Source of the DNA: the human T2T-CHM13v2.0 reference genome, Homo sapiens
Length of the DNA stretch: 64,000 nucleotides
NCBI RefSeq assembly: GCF_009914755.1
Contig: NC_060947.1
Strand: one strand, 5' to 3'
Shown here: in pieces, positions 46,647 through 60,125 of the stretch
Position numbering within the stretch: the stretch's first letter is position 1
Layout of the letters: every line of letters starts with the position of its first letter
Program-made: the position numbers and the translations under genes
Notes under the pieces: generated by a model
What the model was told of the DNA's origin: nothing
Databases searched by the model: none
The model's input: only the letters and a program-made list of their open reading frames with translations

Positions 46647-47397
46647 TGTGTTAGTCAGTGTTCTTTAGAGAAATATAATCGATAGTCTATAATGTAGATA
46701 TAGGAATAGATGTTTTTATAGATATCTCTATGTATATACACACATATATACATATATACACATACATATATATTTAGATATCTCTATGTATACACACACA
46801 TATATGCATGTAGATGTGTAGCTATATCTATATAATATATAGATATATGTAATATATAGATACATATGTAATTATATTCTATAGCTTCATATCTATATCT
46901 ATCTAATTACATATATGTGTATATATATGAGAGAGAGAGAGAAGGGGGGAGAGAGAGAGAGAAGGGGGAGAGAGAGAGAGAAAAGAGGGGAGAGAGAGAA
47001 AAGGGGGGAGAGAGAGAAGGGGGAGAGAGAGAAGGGGGAGAGAGAGAGAAGGGGGGGAGAGAGAGAGAGAGAGAGAGAGATAGATGTTGGCAAGTTACAA
47101 TTCCATAGGGCAAGCCAGAGGCTGGAAATCCAAGTAAGAGTTTATGTTGCAGTTTTAGTCTGAATTCCACAGGGAATCTGGCTGGAAATGCAGGCAGGGC
47201 TTGTATGTTGTATTACTGAGGCTGAATTTCTTCTTCTTTGGGAAATTTCCGTCTTTGCTCTTAGGGTCTAAAGTCAACTGATTTAAAGGTTAATTGCACC
47301 AAAAAAAAAAACTTCACAGCAAAATCTAGGTTTGCGTTTGACCAAACAACTGGGCATTGTAGCCTAGCCAAGTTGACACATAAAGTTCTCCATCACA
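46647..47397 (-). mobile_element. MLT2 (ERVL) solo LTR with expanded internal (TA/CA) and GA-rich simple repeats; inserted in a MIR
   Basis: tgtgttagtcagtgttctttagagaaa...ctagccaagttgacacataaagttctccatcaca; MIR sequence on both sides. Confidence 0.85.
46930..47080. repeat. Pure-purine (GA)n/aagggggg compound repeat, ~150 bp
   Basis: Only G and A on the + strand, repeating gagagagaagggggg units. Confidence 0.95.
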
Positions 47398-49589
47398 CTT
47401 GGGACTGAAATCCAGGTTTGACTCAGAAATCTCCACCCTTTACCAGTATATTATGCTGCTCTCATGAGGACAAGGTGTGCCTCAGTCATCTCCATGTCTC
47501 CAGTGCCTACTGTTGAACCTAGTAAAGAGTAAGTCCTTAGTAACTATGTGTTCAACAAATAAATACACCTGTATTGAAATAGTCTTCTGAAACTTTGAAA
47601 GGATTTGAGAAAGAAGTAATGAGTAAGTCTGATGTTAAGTATTGAATACACTGAAAATTTTAAAAAAATAAAATTGGTATAAAAATAGTTCTGCAAATAT
47701 TGGAGACAACGTGAGATTTATAAATAAAGAACTAGTAAAAATATAACAAAGAAGTGAAACATACTGTAGATGTTCTGATTGTAAAAGTAATCAATAATAA
47801 ATCCAGAAAGACAGATCAACAAAAGTAAGAACAAAAGGAAATCACTAGGCTACTCCTTTCAATAGCCTAGTCGGTGAAGCTCTGCAAATCCTTCTGTGAA
47901 AATCAAGTTTTGACTCTATTTAGACTACCCCCCAAAAGTAATGTTGATAAGATTTAAAACATCAGATGGCCACTTACTAGTTTCTATGAAACACCAACTT
48001 TTCAGCAAAATTCAAACACATCATCTTACAAAGCTTGTGTACTGTTGTTAAACCATATCAAAGATCTTTAGGAATAAAAAGATTCGATAAATGGAATATT
48101 AGCCCCTGAGGAGACACACTGAATGATGAAGGTTATGGTCAACTGAAATCAATGGAGACAGCAGATCACAGAAGCCTCAAATGCCTAAGCCAAATATTCT
48201 TTCTGATCTGTTTGAGTACAGGAACTCATGGGAGCATGTGAAAAGAATTTCAAGTAAATGTATCATTAAAAGTATTATACTGGCAGATGGCTTATGTTAA
48301 AAAAAAAAATTGGCCATGACTCAGAACTGCAAACATGCACAGCTCCAACTTTCTCCCTCTACTGGGTTCCAAATTCAAATTAGAAATTTATTGCACTTTC
48401 TTTATTCCTTGCCCATATTAATGGCACAGATAAAAGAAATGTTGCTTTCTTGTTAATTGAGGTTAATAAAACACTGTGGCCTACTTACGTCAATGTCCAG
48501 AGCATCTTAAGTCAAACCATGAAAGTAGCGACAAAGTAGTTTCTTGTATAATTTTAACTGCTTTCATCCTTTTATCAGAGACAATCTGGGAGTAAAACAA
48601 GTAGATAACTTGACTCTGTTGAAACCAAGCCATGGGAACAGTCCAGTGAAACAAGATGAGATTAATGTCAGCCAAGGCGCTAAGCAACAAATGTCCGTGT
48701 TCTGATAAGAATAAAATGTATAAACTAACAGTATCTACAATTATTTTGCCTCCTCAAGTGTTTCACCTCCTTTCATTAAAACTTGCATTGTAGAAATTAA
48801 TTAGCAAAGATTGTCTTCCTAATCTCTATTGGGAAAAGGAAAGTTAAGAAAAATTATTAGAATGATTAAGAAAACCATTCCTTTTAAGAGGGATCATTTA
48901 TCCTCCTTATGTACCTTTTCAGTGCCTTGGGGTGTTAATCTACATGTGTGACATTATTTTCACCATTATTTGTAAACTTTCTCCAATATTCATTTCTCTA
49001 CACTTCAGAGATTGGTATCCTCAGTAACTATCTCAAGGTCTTAATGTCGCATTTAGAAACACTCCTAACAACATCACAGTCCTTCATCTTTACCTAGTAA
49101 TCTGCTGCATTAACATAAGATCATCTTCCTGAATTCTCTAGCACTGTTGAAGATGCTGCCATCCATCCATTTGATTAGTCACAAATATTCAGTGCATCCT
49201 GATGACTTTTATTCCTTCCCCTACCAAACCCAAGACTTCACTAACTTCCATTGACTCTACCTCTGTAATATCAGCACTGTTAGCATTTAAAAGGTATCAG
49301 TTTATTGATGTCTAATTGAAGAGTCTTTCAGTCAACATTGCTGGAACATTTTCATTAATTATATACCTTTATAACATTAAAAAGTATCTGTTCAATACTT
49401 TATAAGATTCTATGTTTTCTAATAACATAACTACTATTTCTACGCTTATACACACTGTATGAATAGTATTGTGCTCTTTGACAAATTTTTTTCTTCTACT
49501 TGTTTACAAATATCTACAGGGTTTACACATTTTTTACATTTAATGGAAATGTATCATTGTACTGTTACATTAGCTGACCTTTCGATATG

Positions 49590-49997
49590 CTCCAGACTAT
49601 GTAAAACTGTCAGTTTCGGTATCTGTAAATAAGAGATAGTCTCCATCCTATCCCCAACCACTAAAAGCCGTTTTGGCTATGCCCATGGCTAGTAGGAAAT
49701 GCTGAAGAAGCAGCAACCTCATGGAACAGATCTCAACCTATGACTCCCAGCAATTAGACTCTCCACACACCATCACACAGACAGCATCGTTCTGAGGTGC
49801 ATCATGACATATTGTCATAGTTTTCCATGGAACAGCTTTAGTCACCCTCAGTAGTAGCTGCTTGATAATGCATCTTTTGCCTTCCCTGTTTCATGTCCAT
49901 ACTTTCCTACTGATGATCATTTCCCTCCCAAATAAACTAATTTTACTTGAATCCTAGCCTCTGGATCTATTCCCTATGAAAACTGAACCTAAGATAC
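49590..49997 (+). mobile_element. Old ERVL LTR (LTR16-like) within L1ME-like antisense fragments
   Basis: Ends ccaaataaacta...gaatcctagcctctggatct...gaacctaagata, a recalled LTR16-type terminus. Confidence 0.55.
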
Positions 49998-51215
49998 TAT
50001 ACTATCATTATTTTAACAATTCCTCAAACATATGAATTTTTGTGATTTCCAAATTGTTATTATAGATTGTGCAGATATAAGTATCATTGTACAAAAGAGC
50101 ATTTTATCTTCCTTTTTAGTCACTTTGTTGATCTGTTTCCAAAAACGGGATTCCTGGGTCAAAGTATATCTATAATTATCTATTCTCTTTGAATTCCATA
50201 TTACAAACTGGGAAAATTATAACAACTTCCAAACTGCCAGTAAGTCCTGTATACTTGATTTATTATAACACTACTACAGGAACTTGTGAGTGTTATTTTT
50301 ATTTTTTTGTTAATTTACTCAATATGTGGTTATACCTACCTATGTCTCTCAGGTCTCTAAATTATCTGAGGGCAGGAATAGTGTTGTTCTTGTCAGTGCT
50401 CACTGTTATATCCCCATTATCTGATGCATAATTGGCATTCAAGAAACATTTATGTAATGGACAAATTAGATACTCTTAGTTATTTATACTGGAAATACTT
50501 TGATTATCATTAATAAACTAGTAAATATTTCTAAGATAGCAAACTGGCAAAAAGGTAAAACAAGTATTCTTTTGACCCTGTCAACTCTCATGCTAACCTC
50601 TAAGTAGATCATGTAACAAAAAGTATAAATTAGATGGGGAATGATTTTGTAAGTAAATACAGATAATGTAGATATCCGACAGAAAGAACTGAATCAGGCC
50701 ATTACAACCTTACACACAGACACAAACACTTCTGTGAGGACATCTGCTCAGCAACTGCCTGTCTAACTTCAGACTGGTACCACCCTTGTTACTGAGGTCA
50801 CAATTCAGCCCATACCAACGGTCATTACATCCCTTGGAATTGAGAAAATCCTTTCAGGAAAGAATGTAAAGGAAAAAAAGAGATGAACGAAATCATGAAG
50901 AACTGCAATATTTAGAAGAAAAAGTGCCATCAAAGCAACTAAAATTAAATATCAAGTAAGACAATTAGGGGACTATAGCATTATAGAAGCCAAGAGAGGG
51001 AACTATTTCAAGTAGGGAGTGGTCAACACTCACACAAAGATTGAGTAAAATGAGGATTGGGACATGTGTTTTAAGTTTGGTTACAAGGAAAGAGTTTGTG
51101 ATTTTGGCTAAACCTGCTTCAATGGAGTGGTATAAGCAAGAGGATGGCTGCATTGGGTTCAACAGAAAATGTGAGATGAAAATGGAGACAAGAAGTTTGA
51201 AAATATTATAGCTCA

Positions 51216-52027
51216 GTCAAATGGTATTTCTGGTTCTAGATCCTTGAGGAATCGCCACACTGTCTTCCACAATGGCTGAACTGATTTACACTCCTACCAA
51301 CAGTGTAAAAGCATTCCTATTTCTCCAAATCCTCGCCAGTAAATGTTGTTTCCTGAGTTCTTAACAATCACCATTCTAACTGGAGTGAGATGGTATCTCA
51401 GTGTGGTTTTGATTTGCATTTATCTAATGAGCAGTGATGGTGAACTTTTTTCATATATTTTTTGGCCACATAAATGTCTTCTTTTGAGAAGTGTCTGTTC
51501 ATATCCTGACACAGGCACACGCATGTTTATTGCAGTACTATTTATAATAGCAAGGACATGGAACCAACCCAAATGCCCATCAATGATAGACTGGATATAG
51601 AAAATGTGGCACATATACACCATGGAATACTATGCAGCCATAAAAAGAAGCAGTTCATGTCCTTTGCAAGGACATGGATGAAGTTGGAAGCCATCATCCT
51701 CAGCAAACTAACACAAGAACAGAAAACCAAACACCGTATGTTCTTGCCCATAAGTAGGAGTTGAACTTGAGAACACATGAACACAGGGAGGGGAATATCA
51801 CACACTGGGGCCTGTTGGGGTGGGTGGAGGGCAAGGGGAGGGAGAGCATTGGAACAAATATCTAATGCATGTGGAACTTAAAACCTAGATGATGGGTTGA
51901 TAGGTGCAGCAAACCACCATGACACATGTATACCTATGCAACAAACTTCCATGTTCTGCACACGTATCCCAGAAGTTAAAGTAAAATAAAAAAGAAAAAG
52001 AAAAAAAAAGTGAGAGACCAAAAAAAA
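51216..52027 (+). mobile_element. Short L1 (L1PA8-10-like) with 5' inversion (51216-51507 antisense; 51508 onward sense)
   Basis: TSD gaaaatattatagctca (51199-51215) / gaaagtattacagctca (52028-52044). Orientation switches at atatcct|gacacaggc. Inserted in an L2. Confidence 0.92.
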
Positions 52028-53024
52028 GAAAGTATTACAGCTCATTTTTATGTTAACAAAAATAATAAATTTTAAGAGGAAGTTTTGATAATAGACTTAA
52101 TTAGCCTTGTGAAAGCAAGAGAGGGTGGGATCCAGAATGCAAGTAGAGGAGTTGGCTTTTGATAAGAGAAACTCATTTCTTTCTGTTGTAATTAGATGGA
52201 GGGGGAAAAAAGGATATGACTACAGATTATATTTTTGTAGGCTTGGTGGTAGGGAAATGAGCAATGCCTCTGATTATTTCAGTTTGAAACAAAGGCATCA
52301 GCCAAGAGGGAGGGGCGGGGGAATGTATAGGTGAGACTTGAGGGGTAAACAGAGTACCTGGAAGCTTGAAATACTTGTCTACATATGGAATTTACTGTGC
52401 TCACTTCTATTTCACCACATTGTCAGCTAACTCATAGGCAGTGTCTACCTGCTTCCCTGCAGGGCACTGATACACTGTAAATTGGTCCTTCGGGCTGTAT
52501 AAGTAGAGGGAAAAGCTTGATTGAGAGCCTTTAAAACAAGTAAGGTAATAAAAGGAAAACAATTAAAAACTTTTATTGCATTCGAAAACAGTAACTTCCA
52601 AAGCAGTTCAATTGAAACCACATTTATTGAGTTAACAAATCATGAGTTAAAAACAATTTAATTTTTAAAGACTTTCATTCGGTTCAAAAAAATAGTAAAA
52701 CTACTTTATTAATTTCATTGTTCTGAAGTCAGTGTTTTGGAACTCAGTAAAAGTGTTTTTATTATTTTAATTTCCCTAAGCTTTCCTCCACATTCAGGCC
52801 CCCTTTTCTAACAAAGCTGGCCCAAATATAAATGGGGCAGATTCTATATATGAGGATAAACATTGCTCATGTATTTTTCAGACATTTAAGTGTTCTTTTC
52901 TAATCTCACCTTCAAAAATCTTGTTTGTGATTAGTTCATTTAGACCTCTATCACATACCATTAAAAAATACACACAAACATATGTACACACACACACACA
53001 TATATATACACAATTATTAGAAAT

Positions 53025-53682
53025 TTATCAATCTGGAGCTATTCAGGAGACATACAGAAACCACATTTGTAATTTGAAAAATAAAAAGTATATATAATAA
53101 TTGTCACATCGTTAACTAATACTAGTTAATTACTAAAAGGGGTAAAGAAGGATTCTAGGGCTGAGGGAGCTGCAAGGTACATGGAAACTTCGAAGAAGCC
53201 CTCTCCAAGGCTGAGATTCAGTCCTGAGTGAGGTGATACGACTACCAGAGAAACACACAGCACGCAAGTGGGGAAGAGACTTGTCAGAAGTTTAAAGCTA
53301 CCGCTGAACCTCAGAAGCAATCCATCGCTGGGGGGCCGAGAAACTTGCTGGAGAGCATAGTCCACAGCTGAACTATGAAGACGACTGCTGTGGTGGAAAA
53401 AAATCATGCCAGAAGATGTGGAGTACTGCTGATCAGAGAAAGCTACTAAGCTTAAAGCGACTGTAACTTGGGACACTGATCCCAATGGAAGACAAAACAC
53501 AGAAATAAGGCAAACTTCTTCCTTGCCTTGCCTTGCAATGTCCCCCCAGCGTCTTCTACTGGTAAAACCTAACAACAAGCCAGCTGGCAAAGGAGAAACA
53601 TCTCACAGTTCTGATTCAGTAAAAAAAAGGAAGGCAAAGTGTGGAGTCAGAGACAAGAGAAAATGAATTCATAATTATTACA
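53025..53682. mobile_element. Old LTR element (LTR78-like)
   Basis: gcaatgtccccccagcgtcttctactgg...gccagctggcaaaggagaaa resembles a recalled LTR78-type segment. Confidence 0.5.
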
Positions 53683-54172
53683 TAAAGCTACTTCCTCTCA
53701 GCTCCAAATCCATAATTCTATACTGTTCTTTCTCATTTGAGAGCTGGAGATGGGGTTGTCCCCTGCCAGATGACATATATACAAAAGATTCTATTAGAGA
53801 TGAAAGGACCATCTGATCTCACTCTTTTCCCCTCCCATACACATTTAAATATATGGAAAACTGAGATTTAGGTAAAGTGACATGTCCAATATCTCATGTT
53901 GATTGTTAGTACAGCACACTTTCTGATCCTCGGCACTGTGGTCTTTCCAGAGATCCCCTAAGTAAGTCAATATTATAAAACGAGCACATACTAGGTTTAT
54001 GCTCTTTATTAATATTTAGTAGTTCTTTCAGTCACCTTCTTAGGACAATAAATTGAACTTTTACAAACGAGGTGGTGCAAGACACTCATACATCTTTTTG
54101 GGAACTTTCCAATAGCTGCAAGGAAAAGCTATCATTATGTTACATCCAAACGTGCTTTTAAACTTCAGAAGG

Positions 54173-54492
<320 letters not shown>

Positions 54493-55274
54493 TCAGAAGG
54501 AAAAAAATAAAGCTTCTGTAAAGAGAGACTTCGTGGCAGATTAGGGTTACTAGCCACTTAAGAGGTAACCTCAAGTGGTTTCATGTAAATTATTTTCAAT
54601 ATGCAATGAACTTCAAGAGTAAGTTACATAGCAGGTAGCAGTAGTTACTATGGTTGCATAAGTAAACTATATCTTAGTTGGTAAATAGGTGTTGTTGTCG
54701 GATGCTTGCCATCATGTTATTCTTGTGTGGGTTTTTAACTGTTTAAATAACCAGGAGGAAAAAAAAATAGAAGGAAAGAGGAAAATATTCAGTACATCAG
54801 CAGGACTGTCTACAAAAAGAAACAGAATTTGCTGAGGAAAGCTACTTCTACTGCTCATTAACAGAGAGGCAAAAGTGATACATTGCCTTGATAAAACAGC
54901 TGGGATGCAAGCCTGCTTACAGGGGTTTTTAAATACCAAAAGCAGCTTATTTGAGCCAAACTGGAAGTAGGAAAGTGAGCCAAGGTGACAGAATTTCATA
55001 CTGAGGCTGTTACATCCCCATGAACACTGGATCTTGGTGTCAGCTAAGCTGAGAAAAAACTTTGGTTTTGCAAAGTCAATGGATCTAGATTCCTGGTTGG
55101 AGTGGGGAGGGTTCCCTTTGCAATAAGAACTAGATGAATTCAGGTGGAAGGAGAAAATCCTTGGAAAATCTGTCCTCTCTCTCTTAAGGGAATAATGTTT
55201 TTCCATGGGTATCTGTGTTCAGGAGTCCTCTGCATAAAAAAATATAAAAAATATAAAAACACAAGAGTTTTACA

Positions 55275-55470
55275 ATTGAGACAGACATGGATTCAAATCC
55301 AGGCTTAACAAATGATTTCATCTCTCAGAGTTCCAGCCTCCTTGTAAACCTTGTCAATAAAATGAAACTACCAATGCCTACTTGTAGGATACTGAGAAGA
55401 TACATAAAATATGCTATAAACACCTAGTTCCATGCTTGATCTATCAAATGGTAGTTGCTGCTACTATTAC
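55275..55470 (+). mobile_element. MIR
   Basis: gacagacatggattcaaatccaggct...aaatggtagttgct. Confidence 0.7.
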
Positions 55471-56374
55471 TAGTAATACTACTACTGGACCACTAGTACT
55501 AATCTTCAGCCCAAAAGTCCTTTTCCAAAGGGAGAACTCTGACAAAGCCAGCATACAAAGCAGATTCACTAAGAGGTTCTATCTCTCCTTCTTGGGGGAT
55601 AGACTGGGTTGGGCACAAACACACACATCGATCTCCATCGTACTTACTCTCACCCCCCATCAATCTCTGATCTCTCCCCCATCCCCTGAAGCATAAAAGA
55701 TAGAGAGGTTGTACTATAAATGAGACAAAATAGGCTTCTATAAAATAAAACAACAAAGGAAATAAGATAAAATCTAAAAGTAGTAAAATTATCTAAAACC
55801 AATACTCAAACATGATACACTAAGTGGAAATGATAGTTTTAAACTTATTCTTATAGGGTCTACCAATATATTAACGTAAAGAAGAAAAAAAACCACAGAA
55901 AATTAAAGAAGAGAAATTAACTAAGATAATTAAATACTTGAATAAAAATGATAAAACATTCTATAAACACGACAATATAGAAAAAAAGCAATAGAACCTA
56001 GAAAGTTAAAGGACAAGCCAGTTAAGTAAAATGTACCATTAGCAAAAAGGATATACTAAAGAGATTACCTGCTAAAATGAAATAGCTTATAAAATTCTGA
56101 CAAAACCACAAAATATAAAAATACACAGAAACCAGCTTAGGATCAAACCTGTCTGGACAATGAGCCTTTTTCAAATGGAGGAAAGAGACACGTCTTAGAA
56201 AAGAACACACTATAGGGGAGGACAGGGGCAAGAGACGTACATCTAGCTGAAAGTCAATGGTCCAATCACTGAAGGAACAAGTCTGAGCACTATGTCCCTC
56301 AGTTCCCGTATCATATCACACTGGGAACGTAAGTTAGTACTATTGTATAATAGTACCTATTATGGGTTGATTTT

Positions 56375-56620
56375 GAGCTCTGGAGAGAGATAGATATGTA
56401 TTCATATTCTGGCTCTGTCACTTCCAAGCCGTGTGAATTTGGGCAAGTTTTATATATATAATCTCTCTATGCCTCATTTTCCTCATCTATCTATAAAGCT
56501 ATGAGTAGTGTCTTTCTTATAAGATAGTCATGAATAAATGAGATAATCCATTTAAAGAGCTTAGTATAGACTGCTACATTAGCACAAACTCAATAAATGG
56601 TAGATGTTCCTTTTATTATC
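56375..56620 (+). mobile_element. MIR
   Basis: ctggctctgtcacttcc...ttgggcaagtt...gcctcattttcctcatct...ctcaataaatgg. Confidence 0.8.
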
Positions 56621-56660
56621 ATTAGCTTAGGTAACAGAGATAGTGCAAGTGGTAAAGAGC

Positions 56661-57045
56661 TGTATTAGTCCGTTCTTGCATTGCTACAAAAAACTATCTG
56701 AGACTGGGTAATTTATAAAGAAAAGAGGTTTATCTGACTTACAGTTCCACAGGCTGTACAGGAAGCATGGCTGGGGAGGCCTCAGGAAACTTACAATCAT
56801 GATGAAAACAAAGGGGAAGCAGGTACGTCCTACATGGCTGGAGCAGGAGGAAGAGAGTGAAGGGGTGGGGGTGCTACACACTTTTAAACAACCAGATCTC
56901 TTGAGAACTCATCCACTATCATGAGAACACCAAAGGGGAAATCTGCTCCCATGATCCAATTACCTCCCACCAGGACCCTCCTCCAACACTGAGTATCACA
57001 ATTCGACAGGATGCTTGGGTGGGGACACAAATCCAAACCACATCA
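56661..57045 (-). mobile_element. MSTA-like MaLR solo LTR
   Basis: tgtattagtccgttcttgcattgct...ggggacacaaatccaaaccacatca; 5-bp TSD agagc/ggagc. Confidence 0.9.
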
Positions 57046-57621
57046 GGAGCTCTTTGGGACATGGCACACAGTGTTCTGAGCCAAAGAATACATGCCCAAC
57101 ACAATTGCATCTTCAGTATCAGAGGAGAGGAGGAAAGTGACAAATGCCACACAGAGTTTGAATGAAGTAATCAATAAGTATACACAAGCCCCCTTCTTCC
57201 ATTAGGATAAAACATTATAGGATAAATTTGAGGTGTTTGGAGTTCCCACAGATTACTTGAAGAGAGCTCCAGAAAAAATATTGTTTTAATGCTTATTAAA
57301 GATAGTAATGTTGAAACCCAGAGAGAGAAATGAATTTGCCCAAGTTCACCCAGAACAGCTTTGAAAAACTTGTTAACAGACTCTACCTCTTTTTTGCATA
57401 CTACACTCTTATATTTCCATTAGGAGTATTAAATGTCATTATATTGAATATCAACAGTATACACAACACTTCAGATATGATACAATGCCTGTGTCTAACC
57501 AAGCATTCCTGCAGTACCTACAAAGACCTCATACATACTTAAAATACTCATCACACATGCACCTAGGCAACCTGTTAGGTTGTAATTGCAATTCCTTTTG
57601 CACCAACCTAATAGTAAACAT

Positions 57622-58340
57622 GTATTCATTTATGCATTCATTCACTCAGCAAATATATCGAGCACCTATTATATGCAAGATGTTGTGTTTGGAACTTCAA
57701 AGTGAAAACTAATCAGTCAATACATCTGACCTTGAAGAGCTTACAGATTAGCTGGGGTGACAATCAGGAAAATAATTAATAGCAAACTGATGAGATGAGT
57801 GTTATAATACAAATACATGAAAGCTTCTCTAGGAGTTACAATCTGATGAAGCAGGAACTAAATCTGCCTGCCAAGGGAATAAATCAGAGACAGTTTCCCT
57901 GAGGAAATAATGCTTAAATACTGAGGATGATTAGCAAGAAACTTGCCAAGAAACAAGGTCAATAAGGAAGAAGGAAAGTATATTATTGACAGAGACAACA
58001 TCATGTAAATTGCAGCACATGTGAAATCACAATGTATGAAACTGGCAGGACAGGTGTCATTCAGCATGCCTGGAGTACAGGATGCCCATGAGAAAGTGAG
58101 ACGCCTTAAGGGTAGAAAAGTAGGTGAGGAAGATTGCAATGGGCCTTATTATCCATGCTGAGGAGCTGTGCTTCATGCCTAGATAATGTAGAATGCTGTA
58201 GTATTTTAAGAGGTGAACATTACCCAATTTTCATTTTAGGAAGATCACTTTGGGTGCAATGTAGGGATGCTTTGACAGATAAAAAGCTGGAAGTAGACCA
58301 GTAGAGAAGAGCCACTGAGATATGATAGTGACTTGATCTA
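57622..58340 (-). mobile_element. L2
   Basis: cattcattcactcagcaaatatatcgagcacctatt tail and downstream L2 motifs (ttttaggaagatcactttgg). Confidence 0.75.
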
Positions 58341-58660
58341 ACATAAAGAAAGTCACCACTGAGACTAGGAAACACACACAGTGAAGACACTTTTCCCTAC
58401 CCTAAAAGGAATGACAATTTAACAACTCTATAATATTATGTGGAATATTGTTATATCTCCTTTGAAAACAGCCCTGTAAAAGCGTGTATTGTAATCTCAC
58501 ATTTTTTTTGGAAGCATACCTAACAGCATGAGATATTCAGCTCCTATCCTCACCTCCTTTAGAGAATCTTCCAAAGACAGATTTGGGAAATACTCAGGAC
58601 AATAGCCCACTGTTAATCTTGATCTTCTCATTCCATGTCTCCTTTTAAAAACATAAAGAA

Positions 58661-59865
58661 TAACATCAACTCAAGATGGATTAAAGACCTAAATGTAAGA
58701 CCTAAACCTACAAAATCCCTCGATGAAAACCTGGGAAATATGATTGTGGACATCAGCCTTGGCAAAAAATTTATGACTAAATCCCCAAAAGCAATTTCAA
58801 CAAAAACAAAAATTGACAAGTGACATCTAATTGAACTAAAGAGCTTCTGTGCAGTGAAAGGAACCATTAACAGAGTAAACAGACAACCTACAGAGTGGGA
58901 GAAAATACTCACAAACTATACAACCAATAAAGTTCTAATATCCAGAATTTATAAGGAACTTAATTAAACGAGCCAAAGACAAACAACTCCATTTTTAAAA
59001 AATGGTCAAAGGACATGAACAGACACTTCTCAAAATAAAATATATATGTGGCCAACAAAAATATGAAAAAATGCTCAACACCCCTAATCATTAGAGAAAT
59101 GCAAATCAAAACCACAATCCAATACCATCTCAAACCAGTTAGAATGGCTATTGTTAAAAGGCAAAAACAAACAAACAAACAAACAAACAAACAAAAAAAA
59201 AAACGCAGATATTGGCGAAGCTCCCAAGAAAATACTTAAAGACTGCTGATATGAATGTAAATTAGCTCAGCAACTGTGGAAAACAGTGTGGAGATTTCTC
59301 AAAGAGCTTAAAACAGAACTACCATTTGACCCATTTACTAAATATATACCCAAAGGAAAACAAATTGTTCTATTAAAAAGACACATGTACTTTTATGCTC
59401 AATCATAGTGCTATTCACAAAAGAAAAGACATAGAAGGAACCTAGATGCCCATCAATGGTGGACTGAATAAAGGAAATGTGGTACATATCCACCATGGAA
59501 TACTATGCAGCCATAACAAAGAATGAAATCATGTCCTTTGCAGCAACATGGATGCAGCTGAAGGCTATTATCCTGAGAGAATAAATACAGGAACAGAAAA
59601 CCAAATACTGCATGTTCTCACTTATAAGTGGGAGCTAAACATTGAGTACGCATTGACACAAAGTTGGGAACAATTGACACTGGAGACTACTTCAAGTGGG
59701 AGGGTCGGGGGGTGTGGGTGGAAGAACTACCTATTGGGTACTATGATCATTACAAGAATGATGGGACCATTTGAACATCGAACGCCAGCAACACACAACT
59801 TACCCATGTAACAAACCTGTACATGTATCCCCTGAAACTAAAATAAAAGTAAAAATAAATAAAAT
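58661..59865 (+). mobile_element. 5'-truncated L1 (about L1PA15-16/L1PB)
   Basis: ORF2 C-terminal peptides ([23 protein letters not shown]), 3'UTR and A-rich tail. Candidate TSD aaaaaCAtaaagaa / aaaaaTGtaaggaa, consistent with CpG decay on opposite strands. Confidence 0.92.
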
Positions 59866-59889
59866 AAAAATGTAAGGAAGGTTTCTACA

Positions 59890-60125
59890 GTGGAATGATT
59901 ATGTGATTTGTAAAGGGGTGATCAGGGTTCCAATCCCAAACTTACCATTTGTTTATTTTATGGCCTTAACTAACATATCTCTCTGAAACTGATGCTCTGC
60001 AAATGTAACATGGAATTGCTACATATTCCTACTTCACTCAAGATTCTGGTGAAGATGAAATCAAATAAAAACACACTGCGAAGTTACTTTGCAAACTGTA
60101 ACATGCTATTTATGTGTTAGCTGCT
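59890..60125 (+). mobile_element. MIR
   Basis: gggttccaatccc...ctacttcac...gaagatgaaatcaaataa. Confidence 0.6.

Noticed and set aside
46899-47170. Low-complexity RE/SLP-rich ORFs (also 25161-25385)
   Set aside because: They are translations of microsatellites.
47844-47871. 9-bp hairpin actaggcta/tagcctagt (also an 8-bp stem near 60490)
   Set aside because: Expected by chance at this length.
53126-53590. 154-aa ORF and a CTCF-like motif (ccagtagaagacgc on the minus strand)
   Set aside because: It lies within an old LTR-like repeat, and the motif has two mismatches in the CTCF core.
54712-55206. 164-aa minus-strand ORF in unique DNA
   Set aside because: No recognisable domain, Ser/Phe/Leu-rich composition typical of antisense A-rich DNA, and no convincing splice context.
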